Assembly (NCBI GenBank): GCA_965656925.1
Contig: CBFHMO010000001.1
Span: 23,243 to 87,242, forward strand
From: Patiriisocius sp.
GTDB taxonomy: Bacteria; Bacteroidota; Bacteroidia; Flavobacteriales; Flavobacteriaceae
Direction of reading: 5' to 3'
DNA: 64,000 bases
Shown in pieces: positions 9,362-19,859 of the stretch (the stretch's first letter is position 1; every line of letters starts with the position of its first letter). A program made the translations under genes and the position numbers. Under the pieces are notes generated by a model. That model searched no databases and was not told the DNA's origin. It saw only the letters and a list, made by a program, of their open reading frames with translations.

Positions 9362-10621
9362 ATGTTTAATAAAGATCGCTGGAACGAAATACTTGAGGCA
9401 CTTAATGCCAATAGATTTAGAACGATGCTTACCGCATTTGGTGTGTTTTGGGGTATTTTTATTTTGGTTTTATTGTTAGCGCTAGTTACAGGTCTTAGAA
9501 ATGGGGTGAGCAAAGATTTTGGAGATTTTGCAACCAATTCTATGTTTGTTTGGGGGCAAGGAACTTCAAAGCCCTATAAAGGCTTACCAAAGGGAAGGCG
9601 TGTGCAATTTAAAATGATTGATGGTGAGGTTCTAAAAGAGAAAATACCAGAATTAAAAATTGTCTCTCCAAGAAATCAATTAGGGGGCTATCAAGGCACC
9701 AATAATGTTACAAGAAAAGAAAATACAGGCGCCTTTAAAGTGTGTGGTGATTACCCTGAGTTTATACTGCAGCAACCTATGGATATACTCTCTGGGCGTT
9801 TTATAAGTTATTCAGATATTAACGACAAACGCAAAGCGGTAGTCATAGGTAAAGGTGTTGTGGAGAGTTTATTTGATTTTGGAGAAGACCCTATCGGTGA
9901 TTATATAAAAATTAATGGTGTAAACTTTCTTGTGGTTGGAACCTTTAAAGCGCCAAGCACAGGTGGAGATAACGAAGAGCTAGCCAATACGGTATATGTA
10001 CCCTTTACTACCTTTAATCAGGTGTTCAATAATGCAGATAATGTAAGGTACTTTGCCATTACGGCTCAAGATAATGTGAGTATAACCACCTTAAAACCTA
10101 GGGTGTTGGAGATTATGAGACAGCAACGCACCATTCACCCTAATGATCAAAGGGCTATTGGTAATCGTGATTTGGCTGAATCTTTTGAGAAAATTACAGG
10201 CCTTTTTGATATTTTAAAATTTGTAGGATTTTTTGTAGGTGCCCTGGTACTATTGTCTGGGGTTATTGGTATTAGTAATATTATGCTAATTGTTGTAAAA
10301 GAACGCACCAAAGAAATTGGCGTTCGTCGCGCTTTGGGAGCCACCCCCTGGGATATTAGAGCACAGGTGTTACAAGAATCATTAGTATTAACCATACTCT
10401 CTGGAATGGTAGGAGTTGCCTTCTCTGCCGGTGGTATTTGGATACTGAATTACACCTTATCACTGAGTGGTCCTGTAGAGAATTTTGCCAATCCATCTGT
10501 CAATATTCAGGTTATTGCAGTGGCTTTATTAATTTTAATTGTCTCGGGTCTTTTGGCAGGTTTAATCCCTGCAACAAGAGCCACACAAATGAAACCCGTT
10601 GATGCGCTAAGAGTAGATTAA
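9362..10621 (+). CDS. ABC permease, MacB/FtsX family (paralogue)
   Basis: NRFRTMLT, NIMLIVVKERTKEIGVRRALGA, PVDALR. Confidence 0.93.
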   Translation: MFNKDRWNEILEALNANRFRTMLTAFGVFWGIFILVLLLALVTGLRNGVSKDFGDFATNSMFVWGQGTSKPYKGLPKGRRVQFKMIDGEVLKEKIPELKIVSPRNQLGGYQGTNNVTRKENTGAFKVCGDYPEFILQQPMDILSGRFISYSDINDKRKAVVIGKGVVESLFDFGEDPIGDYIKINGVNFLVVGTFKAPSTGGDNEELANTVYVPFTTFNQVFNNADNVRYFAITAQDNVSITTLKPRVLEIMRQQRTIHPNDQRAIGNRDLAESFEKITGLFDILKFVGFFVGALVLLSGVIGISNIMLIVVKERTKEIGVRRALGATPWDIRAQVLQESLVLTILSGMVGVAFSAGGIWILNYTLSLSGPVENFANPSVNIQVIAVALLILIVSGLLAGLIPATRATQMKPVDALRVD

Positions 10622-10702
10622 AACAGTTGTGAGATTCAATTATTTCACAAATTATATAAAAAACGTTTAACTAAAAACAACCTTATTTTAAGGGCTATAA
10701 AA

Positions 10703-11863
10703 ATGAAAAGAACAGGAACAATCATCACATTACTGGTTATAGTAATAGCATTTTCTGCAGGTATTTGGTATATCTATTCAAAAGATAAAACAAATCCTGT
10801 GGTGTTTCAAACAGAAACAGCAAGTATAAAGACCATTGTCAAAAAGACGGTAGCTACAGGTAATATTGTACCAAAAGAAGAGGTGTTAATCAAGCCAAAT
10901 ATTTCTGGAATTATACATGAGATATTTGTTCTAGCCGGAGATGTTGTCTCTAGTGGAGATTTGATAGCTAAGGTAAAAGTAGTGCCTAATATAAACTCTC
11001 TAAACAGCGCTAAAAACAATATAAATAGTGCAAAAACTCAGGTAGAAACAGCACGATTGGCTCTAGAGAGTCAAAAAAGCATCTACTTGCGCCAAAAAGA
11101 ATTGTTTGATAAAGCGGTAGTTTCTGCCAATGAATTTGATCAAGCGCTTTTAAATTATAACCAAGCTCAGCAACGTTACAATCAAGAAAATGTGATGCTT
11201 ACTGCTGCAAAACAAACCTTTGATATTGTAAAGACAGGAACAGCAAAAGGATTAGGTGCTGCTGCCAATACAGAAATTAGAGCTACCGTGTCTGGTATGA
11301 TTTTAGACATTCCTGTAAAGGTTGGTAACCAAGTCATAGAATCAAACAACTTTAATGACGGAACTACCATTGCTACTATTGCAGATGTCGAGAAAATGAT
11401 TTTTGAAGGGAAGGTAGATGAGAGTGAGGTTGGAAAAATAACAGAAAACTTACCTTTAGAGATTACCGTAGGTGCCATTGAAAACCAAAAGTTTAATGCT
11501 GTATTAGATTTTATTGCACCCAAAGGGGTGAGTGAAAACGGAGCCATACAGTTTGAAATAAAAGGAACGCTCAATAATCAAAACGCTACTTTTATCAGAG
11601 CGGGACTCAGCGCTAATGCATCTATTATTCTTGCCAGGTCAGAAAATGTATTAAGTATTAAAGAAGCCTTAGTGCAATATGATCCAAAAACAAAAAAGCC
11701 ATTTGTAGAAATAGCAATTGGTTCTCAAGAATTTCAGCGCAAAGAAATTAGCCTTGGTGTGAGTGATGGCTTATATGTAGAGGTACTTGAGGGGGTAACC
11801 CAACAAGACAATATTAAGGTTTGGAATCAATTAAAACCTGCTGGAGCTGGTAAGTCTTGGTAG
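10703..11863 (+). CDS. Periplasmic adaptor (MacA/HlyD-like membrane fusion protein)
   Basis: N-terminal TM, ATGNIVP, lipoyl half motifs, coiled coil, VDESEVGK. Confidence 0.92.
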   Translation: MKRTGTIITLLVIVIAFSAGIWYIYSKDKTNPVVFQTETASIKTIVKKTVATGNIVPKEEVLIKPNISGIIHEIFVLAGDVVSSGDLIAKVKVVPNINSLNSAKNNINSAKTQVETARLALESQKSIYLRQKELFDKAVVSANEFDQALLNYNQAQQRYNQENVMLTAAKQTFDIVKTGTAKGLGAAANTEIRATVSGMILDIPVKVGNQVIESNNFNDGTTIATIADVEKMIFEGKVDESEVGKITENLPLEITVGAIENQKFNAVLDFIAPKGVSENGAIQFEIKGTLNNQNATFIRAGLSANASIILARSENVLSIKEALVQYDPKTKKPFVEIAIGSQEFQRKEISLGVSDGLYVEVLEGVTQQDNIKVWNQLKPAGAGKSW

Positions 11864-11891
11864 AAATTAATGTAATATTTTAATAAATAGT

Positions 11892-11921
11892 GTAACAATT
11901 TAAGCAAGCTAAAGACTTACA
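11892..11921 (+). promoter_or_regulatory. Putative ECF-sigma promoter (copy 2)
   Basis: GTAACAA-N15-GACTTACA, 19 nt upstream of the TolC-family start. Confidence 0.6.
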
Positions 11922-11940
11922 CAACAACTATAATCAACGT

Positions 11941-13386
11941 ATGAAAAAGTTAGGAATTTTATTTTTTGTCTTAACCATATCAACTGCGGCTCATGCCCAG
12001 GTAAAGAAATGGACACTCTCAGAGTGTGTGCAATACGCCCTAGACAACAACATATCAGTAAAGCAAAGCGAATTAGATCTAGCAGCTACAGATATTGAAA
12101 AAATGTCTGCTACTGGAGCCTTTTTACCTTCATTAAATTTCAGCACCAATACCTCAGAGAATACAGGTTTAAGTTTCAACCCATTAACCAACAATGCACA
12201 GACCACCACTTTTTTATCTGTAAATGGATCTGTAAATGTTGGATATACCGTTTTTGATGGTTTAAGAAATTATAGAAGAGTGCAACGAGCAGCATTATCT
12301 CAACTCTCTAGCCAGTATAGATTGGCGAAGATGAAAGATGATATTTCTTTATTTGTTGCAAATGGATACTTACAAGTATTGTTAAATAAAGCAAATGCCG
12401 CGGCAGTTATTGCCCAAAATCAAGTAACCAAGCAGCAAATAGAACGCACCAAAAAACTTATAGATGCTGGTGTTTTGCCAAGAGGAGATCTGTTAGAGAT
12501 TGATGCTACAGATGCTGGCGAGCAGCAGCGTATTGCGGTGGCAGAAAACGCAGTTAAAATATCTTTAATTAGTTTGTCGCAATTACTACTTATAAAAGAC
12601 TATGAAAATTTTGACATTGTAGACGAAGACTATCAGGTGGTTAATAACGCCATAGCATTAAAAACTGTAGATGAGCTTATAGAAGGCGCAAAACAGACGC
12701 GCTCTGAGGTTAAAATTGCAGAGCAAAATGTAACTATTTCAGAAAAAGATTTGCAAATAGCAAAAGGTGCAAGCTTACCTACTTTAAACGCATTTTTTGG
12801 ATATAACTCACGTTACACCAATGCCACCTCCTTTACACAAGATCTGGATCCAGACAATCCTTTTATAACTCAAGAAATAGGTATTGTTGAGCAAACTGGA
12901 CAATCTGTAGTTGGGCAATTTCCAAATACCATTAGTAGAGAAGTACAGGCAGATGATTTTATAGACCAGGCCTACCAGAATGATGGTATTAGTTATGGCT
13001 TGCAATTAAGTATACCTGTTTTTAACGCGTTCTCTGTACGGGCAAATGTAAGACGAAGTAAAATTTCTTTGGAAAGAAGTAAACTTCAGTTACAGCAAGC
13101 CGCTTTAGATCTAGAGTCAAATGTCTATCAGGCATTTGTTGATGCGCAGGGATCAAGAAAAGCCTACCAGGCAGCTCAAAAATCTGTAACATCTCAAGAA
13201 TTAGCCTACCAATACGCAAAAGACAGATATGATGCAGGGGCAACAAATGCCTTTGATTTTAGTCAATCAAAACTCCGGTATGATAATGCACAGGTAGAGT
13301 TGAATAGAAGTAAATACGATTATATTTTTAAAATCAAGGTGTTGGAGTTATATTTCGGTATTCCAGCAACCGAGTTAAAATTTTAA
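11941..13386 (+). CDS. TolC family outer membrane efflux protein
   Basis: Signal peptide; WTLSECVQYALDNN; two OEP repeats (FLPSLN, SLPTLN; SIPVFN). Confidence 0.93.
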   Translation: MKKLGILFFVLTISTAAHAQVKKWTLSECVQYALDNNISVKQSELDLAATDIEKMSATGAFLPSLNFSTNTSENTGLSFNPLTNNAQTTTFLSVNGSVNVGYTVFDGLRNYRRVQRAALSQLSSQYRLAKMKDDISLFVANGYLQVLLNKANAAAVIAQNQVTKQQIERTKKLIDAGVLPRGDLLEIDATDAGEQQRIAVAENAVKISLISLSQLLLIKDYENFDIVDEDYQVVNNAIALKTVDELIEGAKQTRSEVKIAEQNVTISEKDLQIAKGASLPTLNAFFGYNSRYTNATSFTQDLDPDNPFITQEIGIVEQTGQSVVGQFPNTISREVQADDFIDQAYQNDGISYGLQLSIPVFNAFSVRANVRRSKISLERSKLQLQQAALDLESNVYQAFVDAQGSRKAYQAAQKSVTSQELAYQYAKDRYDAGATNAFDFSQSKLRYDNAQVELNRSKYDYIFKIKVLELYFGIPATELKF

Positions 13387-13387
13387 T

Positions 13388-14665
13388 ATGAAGAAAAAAA
13401 CACTTTTTTGGATTTTAGGTATTGTTATAGTGGTTTTAGTTGTTCTTATTGGTGGTAAAAAAGCAGGGATGTTTGGTAAAACCAAAAGAGGGAAAGAGGT
13501 TGAAATAGCAAAAATCACTCCTATAGATATTATTGAAACTGTAGCTGCTACAGGTAAAATCCAACCAGAGGTAGAAGTAGCACTTTCCTCTGAAGTTTCT
13601 GGAGAAATTATCTCTCTTCCAATAAAAGAGGGGCAAGAAATTAAAAAAGGAGAATTACTTGTAAAGATCAATCCAGATTTAATACAAGCGGCGGTAAGTC
13701 AAAGCCAAGCTGGACTTCAAAACATCAAAGCACAATTAGCTCAAGCCGAGGCTTCAGCTAGAAATGCAAAAGCAAACTACCAAAGAAATAAAACACTCTT
13801 TGATAAGGGTGTTATTTCAAAATTAGATTGGGACCGCTCTATTGCAGAGTATGAAGGTGCACAGGCCAATGTAGAATCTGCTTTTTATAGCGTAAAGAGT
13901 GCAGCGGCAAGTTTAAAGCAGTCTCAAGATAATCTATCTAGAACCGCTATCTATGCGCCTATGTCTGGTACTATTTCAAGACTGGCTGTAGAACTGGGTG
14001 AGCGTGTGGTAGGAACCGCACAGATGGCCGGAACAGAAATTGTACGTGTTGCAGATTTAACGAACATGGAAGTTGAGGTAGATGTCAATGAAAATGATAT
14101 TGTAAAAGTAAATGTTGGAGACCAAACCATTGTGGAGGTAGATGCCTATTTAAAGAGAGAATTTAGAGGTGAGGTTACAGAAATTGCAAACTCAGCCCTT
14201 ACCGCGCTATCTGCAGATCAGGTAACAAACTTTAAAGTAAAGGTTCGTATTTTACCTTCATCGTATGCAGATTTAACTCAGGGCAAGCCAGAGAGCTACT
14301 CCCCATTTCGTCCAGGAATGACAGCTACGGTAGATATCATTACTAATAAAAGAACTCAAATTATTGGGGTACCAATTAGTGCAGTGGTTATAAAAACAGA
14401 TACTACATGTACCAAAGAAAAAATAAATAAAAAGAAGATCACCTCCAATAAACAAGAAAAATACGAAGTAGTTTTTGTTAAAAACGGAGAAAAAGCCGCC
14501 CTTAGAGTTATTAAAACAGGAATCCAAGATGATAGTAATATCGAGGTTTTGTCTGGACTACTTGAAGGAGACGAAGTTATTACGGGACCCTACAATACGG
14601 TTACAAAATCATTAAAGTGCGATGATTTAATAGATCTCAAACAAGAGCAAGAACAACAGGACTAA
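13388..14665 (+). CDS. Periplasmic adaptor (MacA-like), second copy
   Basis: ATGKIQPEVEV, APMSGTI, VNENDIVKV, FRPGMTA. Confidence 0.92.
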   Translation: MKKKTLFWILGIVIVVLVVLIGGKKAGMFGKTKRGKEVEIAKITPIDIIETVAATGKIQPEVEVALSSEVSGEIISLPIKEGQEIKKGELLVKINPDLIQAAVSQSQAGLQNIKAQLAQAEASARNAKANYQRNKTLFDKGVISKLDWDRSIAEYEGAQANVESAFYSVKSAAASLKQSQDNLSRTAIYAPMSGTISRLAVELGERVVGTAQMAGTEIVRVADLTNMEVEVDVNENDIVKVNVGDQTIVEVDAYLKREFRGEVTEIANSALTALSADQVTNFKVKVRILPSSYADLTQGKPESYSPFRPGMTATVDIITNKRTQIIGVPISAVVIKTDTTCTKEKINKKKITSNKQEKYEVVFVKNGEKAALRVIKTGIQDDSNIEVLSGLLEGDEVITGPYNTVTKSLKCDDLIDLKQEQEQQD

Positions 14666-15333
14666 TGGCAACAATACTTTGCATAGAAACGGCCACAAAA
14701 AACTGCTCTGTAGCCCTCAGTGTAAATGGAAAGGTTATTGCTTTACAGGAAGATAATCTTAAAAATGAACCTGGCAAGCATTTTTCTCATGCAGAAAAAT
14801 TACAAGGGTACATCACTCAGGTTTTAGACCAAGCCAATATTTCAAAAAATGATTTGCAAGCCATAGCAGTAAGCAAAGGGCCAGGATCTTATACGGGCCT
14901 TAGAATTGGTGTTTCTGCCGCAAAAGGCCTTTGTTACGCACTGGATATTCCATTACTTGCTATTTCTACACTAGGCTCATTGGCAAGCCAGGTTACGGGT
15001 TCTGTTGTGGTGCCTATGTTGGATGCAAGAAGAATGGAGGTTTACAGTGCTGTGTTTTCTTCTGAGATGGACCAAATTAGAGACATACAGGCCCAAATTA
15101 TAACACAAGATTCTTTTAACACCTATCTTAATCAGGGCATGGTGACATTTATTGGTGACGGTGTAGAGAAATTTGAAGCGGTATGTGCCCACCCAAATGC
15201 AGTTTTTATTAAAAATGCACTGCCTTCTGCTTCACAAATGGCCCAGATTGCAACACTTAAATTTACTCAAAATGATACTCAAGATGTTGCTTATTTTGAA
15301 CCTTATTACCTAAAAGATTTTATTTCTCTATAA
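14665..15333 (+). CDS. tsaB: tRNA threonylcarbamoyladenosine biosynthesis protein TsaB
   Basis: ILCIETATKNCSVAL, GPGSYTGLRIG, DARRMEVY, EPYYLK. Confidence 0.96.
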   Translation: MATILCIETATKNCSVALSVNGKVIALQEDNLKNEPGKHFSHAEKLQGYITQVLDQANISKNDLQAIAVSKGPGSYTGLRIGVSAAKGLCYALDIPLLAISTLGSLASQVTGSVVVPMLDARRMEVYSAVFSSEMDQIRDIQAQIITQDSFNTYLNQGMVTFIGDGVEKFEAVCAHPNAVFIKNALPSASQMAQIATLKFTQNDTQDVAYFEPYYLKDFISL

Positions 15334-15423
15334 CTGGCTAGTTGTTTTGTTTCATTATATGATGGTTAATATTTCATTGGCTACCGGTCAATAAATCAAC
15401 TCAATTATACGTATTTTTAACAC

Positions 15424-16665
15424 GTGGATACAAACGCATTTGATGTTATAGTAATTGGTGGTGGTGCGGCAGGTTTTTTTGCTGCAATCAATCTTAAAAC
15501 CAAGGCTCCAAATCTTAAAGTTGCTATTTTAGAGAGAGGGAGTCAAGTGCTTACAAAAGTTAAAATTTCTGGAGGTGGTAGATGTAATGTTACCCATGGG
15601 GAGTTTATACCCAGTGAGCTTTCCAAAAACTACCCAAGAGGAGAAAAAGAACTGCTGGGTCCTTTTCATACTTTTATGACTGGAGATACCCTTGCTTGGT
15701 TTGAAGAGAGAGGTGTAAAGATAAAGATGGAAGAAGATGGAAGAATGTTTCCAGTGTCTAACACTTCACAAACAATCATAGATTGTTTTTTAAACCAAAT
15801 AGCTACTTTGGGTGTTTCTCTTTTAAAAGAGCATCCTGTCAAAGAAATTCATAAATTAGAACATAGTTGGAGCGTAACAACTACCAATAAAACACTCTTG
15901 GCTCAAAAGATTGTTATTGCTACAGGATCTAATCCAAAAATATGGAATATTTTAAGCGCCTTAAATCATACCATTATTGCTCCTGTTGCTTCTTTATTTA
16001 CCTTCAATATTAAGGATCAAAGAATTTTGGATCTTCCGGGTGTGTCCTCGCAGGTTAGTATTAAAGTAATGGATCAAAAGAACAAGGTTGTCTTGCAAAG
16101 TGAGGGTCCTTTACTTATTACACATTGGGGTATGAGTGGCCCTGCTATTTTAAAGCTTTCTGCCTGGGGAGCAAGGATTTTAGAAGCCTTAGACTATACA
16201 TTTACTATTGTTGTGAATTGGTTGTTAGACCAAAATCAAGAAGATGTTTTACGCCGCTTGCTAAAACTTAAAACAAAACACCCAAAGCAAACCATAGCCA
16301 AGTATCCTCAATTTGATATTCCAAAACGCTTGTGGCAAAGTATTGTAAAAACAAGTGGTATTACTCCTGTAGAGATTTGGGCAGATATACCAAAGAGCAA
16401 ACTTCAAAACCTTGCACAGCAACTTACTCAATCTTATTTTGAGGTATCTGGTAAAAGCACCTTTAAAGAAGAGTTTGTAACCGCTGGAGGAGTCGCTTTG
16501 GAGGAGGTTAATTTTAAAACATTTGAGAGTAAGGTACACCCTAATTTATATTTTGCTGGAGAGGTAATAAATGTTGATGCCATTACTGGAGGGTTTAATT
16601 TTCAGAACGCTTGGACGAGCGCCTATATCGTCTCAAAGGCAATTTCTCTAGACCTGCAGCAGTAA
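15424..16665 (+). CDS. HI0933/BaiN/YhiN family flavoprotein
   Basis: GGGAAG, KVKISGGGRCNVT, THWGMSGPA, VTAGGV, GGFNFQNAW. Confidence 0.92.
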   Translation: MDTNAFDVIVIGGGAAGFFAAINLKTKAPNLKVAILERGSQVLTKVKISGGGRCNVTHGEFIPSELSKNYPRGEKELLGPFHTFMTGDTLAWFEERGVKIKMEEDGRMFPVSNTSQTIIDCFLNQIATLGVSLLKEHPVKEIHKLEHSWSVTTTNKTLLAQKIVIATGSNPKIWNILSALNHTIIAPVASLFTFNIKDQRILDLPGVSSQVSIKVMDQKNKVVLQSEGPLLITHWGMSGPAILKLSAWGARILEALDYTFTIVVNWLLDQNQEDVLRRLLKLKTKHPKQTIAKYPQFDIPKRLWQSIVKTSGITPVEIWADIPKSKLQNLAQQLTQSYFEVSGKSTFKEEFVTAGGVALEEVNFKTFESKVHPNLYFAGEVINVDAITGGFNFQNAWTSAYIVSKAISLDLQQ

Positions 16666-16726
16666 AAGAAAGCTATTTGCGTATCTTTACCTTTTAAATT
16701 TTTGCCCTCTAATATACGGCCCATTT

Positions 16727-17818
16727 ATGACCATTGAAGATTTTATTCCGCCACCTTATACAGAAATAGCCGAAAACGCAAGTGTCTCTTATCAATCACC
16801 AAGTAACATAGCACTAGTGAAATACTGGGGAAAGTACGGCCAGCAACTTCCTCAAAACGCTTCTATAAGTTTCACACTAAGTAAGTGTAAAAGTGAAACT
16901 ACCCTGGAGTATGAAAAAAAGACCAAAGGCGGCTTTGATTTTAAGGTCTATCTTGATGGTGTGCGGGAAGAAGGTTTTGAGCCTAAAATTCATAAATTTT
17001 TTCAACGCGTAGAAAAATACATTCCTTTTGTTGATGAGTATAGCTTTGTAATTAAAACACAAAACACCTTTCCTCACAGCAGTGGTATTGCTAGTTCTGC
17101 AAGCGGAATGAGCGCACTATCAATGTGTCTTGTAGCGCTGGAGTGTCAATTAAATAACAGCAAAAATGCGCCACTGCAAAACAAAGAGTACCAGTTACAA
17201 AAAGCATCTTTTCTTGCCCGTTTAGGTTCGGGAAGTGCCGCTAGAAGCATTAACGGCCCTCTAGTTGTTTGGGGTGCACATCCAAAGATTAAAGGGAGTA
17301 GCGACCTTTTTGGCACTCCATATCCTTATAAAGTACATGAAAATTTCAGTAAGTATCATGATACTATTTTGTTAGTAGATAAAGCACAGAAGCAGGTGAG
17401 TAGTACTGTGGGTCATGATTTGATGCACAATAACCCCTATGCCACCCAGCGTTTTGAGAAAGCAAATAGCAATTTAGGGCAACTTGTTTCTATTTTCGAA
17501 TCTGGTGATTTAGATTCTTTTATAGCCCTTGTTGAGAGCGAGGCGTTGCAGTTACACGCAATGATGATGGCCAGTTCTCCGTATTTTATTTTAATGAAAC
17601 CAAACACCCTGGAGATTATTGATAGTATCTGGAACTACAGAAAAACAACAAACAGCAAGGTCTGTTTTACCTTAGATGCAGGTGCTAATGTGCATGTATT
17701 ATATCCGTCAAGCGAAAAAAAGCAAGTGCAACAATTTATTAAAAACGAGCTTTCTAAGTACTGTAAAGACGGAACTTACATTGATGATGTTGCAGGTATT
17801 GGAGCCTCTGCTATCTAG
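16727..17818 (+). CDS. mvaD: Diphosphomevalonate decarboxylase
   Basis: SNIALVKYWGK, GIASSASG, RLGSGSA, TLDAGANVH. Confidence 0.92.
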   Translation: MTIEDFIPPPYTEIAENASVSYQSPSNIALVKYWGKYGQQLPQNASISFTLSKCKSETTLEYEKKTKGGFDFKVYLDGVREEGFEPKIHKFFQRVEKYIPFVDEYSFVIKTQNTFPHSSGIASSASGMSALSMCLVALECQLNNSKNAPLQNKEYQLQKASFLARLGSGSAARSINGPLVVWGAHPKIKGSSDLFGTPYPYKVHENFSKYHDTILLVDKAQKQVSSTVGHDLMHNNPYATQRFEKANSNLGQLVSIFESGDLDSFIALVESEALQLHAMMMASSPYFILMKPNTLEIIDSIWNYRKTTNSKVCFTLDAGANVHVLYPSSEKKQVQQFIKNELSKYCKDGTYIDDVAGIGASAI

Positions 17819-17943
17819 TGTTGTTTTATAAGTTGTAACCTAACAGCCATAGTGTATTTTGTGTTTGTTTTTAGGATTTTCATAACAATATATTTGCTGT
17901 TTTAGAGTATCTTTGTATCTTTAATGGTATAATACAAGTATTT

Positions 17944-18882
17944 ATGAAAGGTCCCCTTTTTTATTCAAAAATATTACTCTTCGGAGAGTATGGTATTATC
18001 AAAGACTCAAAAGGACTTTCTATCCCTTACAATTTTTTTAAAGGTGCCTTAAAAACAGATACTCAACCAACAGATCTTACTACAAGTTCTAACAAGAATC
18101 TGCATCACTTTGCAGGGTATTTAAAACAACTTCAACAAGACAACCCCGAGCTTGTTGCCTTTAATATAGAGGCATTGCAAAATGACATCAATCAAGGGAT
18201 GTATTTTGACAGCAGTATTCCTCAGGGATATGGCGTTGGGAGTAGCGGCGCACTTGTTGCAGCTATTTATGATAAATACGCAACACAAAAAATTACTGTA
18301 CTTGAAAATTTAACCCGTGAAAAGTTACTAGCATTAAAGAAAATTTTTGCGTCCATGGAATCTTTTTTTCATGGAAAATCTTCTGGTCTTGACCCATTAA
18401 ATAGTTATTTAAGCCTTCCTATACTTATCAATAGCACTGAAGATATAGAGAGTGCAAACATACCTTCTCAAACAATAGACGGCAAAGGTGCTGTGTTTTT
18501 ATTAGACACAGGTATCGTTGGAGAAACAGCTCCTATGGTTCACATCTTTATGGAGAAAATGAAACAAGAGGGCTTTAGAAATATGTTAAAAAATCAATTT
18601 GTAAAACATACAGATGCCTGTGTGCATGATTTTTTAAAAGGAGATGTAAATTCTCTTTTCTCTAATGTGAAGCAACTCTCTAAAATAGTGTTGGATAATT
18701 TTAAACCAATGATCCCTAAAGCTTTTCAATCGCTTTGGAAAAAAGGGATTGAAACCAATACTTACTACTTAAAGCTTTGCGGCTCGGGAGGCGGAGGGTA
18801 CATGTTAGGATTTACCGAAGACATTGACAAGGCACGAAAAGCACTTAAGGGACATACCTTGGAAGTGGTTTATAATTTCTAG
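17944..18882 (+). CDS. mvk: Mevalonate kinase
   Basis: KILLFGEY, IPQGYGVGSSGA, HGKSSGLD, KLCGSGGGG; promoter box TATCTTTG at 17908-17915. Confidence 0.9.
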   Translation: MKGPLFYSKILLFGEYGIIKDSKGLSIPYNFFKGALKTDTQPTDLTTSSNKNLHHFAGYLKQLQQDNPELVAFNIEALQNDINQGMYFDSSIPQGYGVGSSGALVAAIYDKYATQKITVLENLTREKLLALKKIFASMESFFHGKSSGLDPLNSYLSLPILINSTEDIESANIPSQTIDGKGAVFLLDTGIVGETAPMVHIFMEKMKQEGFRNMLKNQFVKHTDACVHDFLKGDVNSLFSNVKQLSKIVLDNFKPMIPKAFQSLWKKGIETNTYYLKLCGSGGGGYMLGFTEDIDKARKALKGHTLEVVYNF

Positions 18883-18907
18883 ATAACACTCAATTTATTT
18901 CATCTTT

Positions 18908-19813
18908 ATGTTAAGCAGAAAACAAAAACACATCATGTTAAAGTTTTTTAGCTTGTTCTCTGTTGTAAGGGGTTATAATATTTTGGTTATTATTCTAGCC
19001 CAATACCTTACTTCAATATATATCTTGGCACCCAATCTACCTCTTGGTGATGTTCTTTTTGATGTCAATGTACTAATGTTAGTTTTATCCTCAGCTGCAG
19101 CGATTGCCGCAGGATATATCATCAACAGTTTTTATGACAGTGATAAAGATCTTATCAATAGGCCAACTAAAACAGTTTTGGACAGATTGGTGAGCCAAAA
19201 CACAAAGTTATCTGGTTACTTTATTCTGAATTGTCTTTCTCTTGTCTTTGCAAGCTACGTATCTTTTAAAGCAGTGTTGTTTTTTTTGGTTTACATTTTT
19301 GCAATTTGGTTTTATTCTCACAAACTCAAGAAGTTTTTATTTATAGGAAACCTTACCGCTGCCATTTTAGCGGTTATTCCCTTTTTTGCAGTGTTTATTT
19401 ACTATCAAAATTTCAATAATGTAATCTTTGTTCATGCTACCTTCTTGTTTTTACTCATTGCCATGAAAGAGCTTACCAAAGATTTAGAGAACATCAAAGG
19501 TGACCTGGCTCAAAATTACAAAACCATTCCGGTTGTATACGGAGTTGTTGTAACCAAAACGATGCTTACCGCTCTGAGTATTGCCACGTTAATTCCTGCT
19601 GTATTATTACTGCTTTATTTTTCAATAGGATACATGGATTATTATTTCTACGGTAGTATTATAGCGCTAGTGTTTTTTGATATTTATCTCTGGAAATCTA
19701 GTAAAAGAAACCATTTTCTTACATTACACAATGTGTTGAAATTAATCATTGTGACAGGTGTATTTAGTATTGTTTTGATAGATGTACACCTGGTATTGAG
19801 CAGGGTTTTTTAA
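18908..19813 (+). CDS. UbiA family prenyltransferase, DGGGP synthase-like
   Basis: INSFYDSDKDLINRP and KELTKDLENIKGD...TIPVVYG Asp-rich motifs; many TM helices. Confidence 0.85.
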   Translation: MLSRKQKHIMLKFFSLFSVVRGYNILVIILAQYLTSIYILAPNLPLGDVLFDVNVLMLVLSSAAAIAAGYIINSFYDSDKDLINRPTKTVLDRLVSQNTKLSGYFILNCLSLVFASYVSFKAVLFFLVYIFAIWFYSHKLKKFLFIGNLTAAILAVIPFFAVFIYYQNFNNVIFVHATFLFLLIAMKELTKDLENIKGDLAQNYKTIPVVYGVVVTKTMLTALSIATLIPAVLLLLYFSIGYMDYYFYGSIIALVFFDIYLWKSSKRNHFLTLHNVLKLIIVTGVFSIVLIDVHLVLSRVF

Positions 19814-19859
19814 GTTATTTTGTTTGGGCTTGATGTAATAAAATTACTAACTTGGTGCC

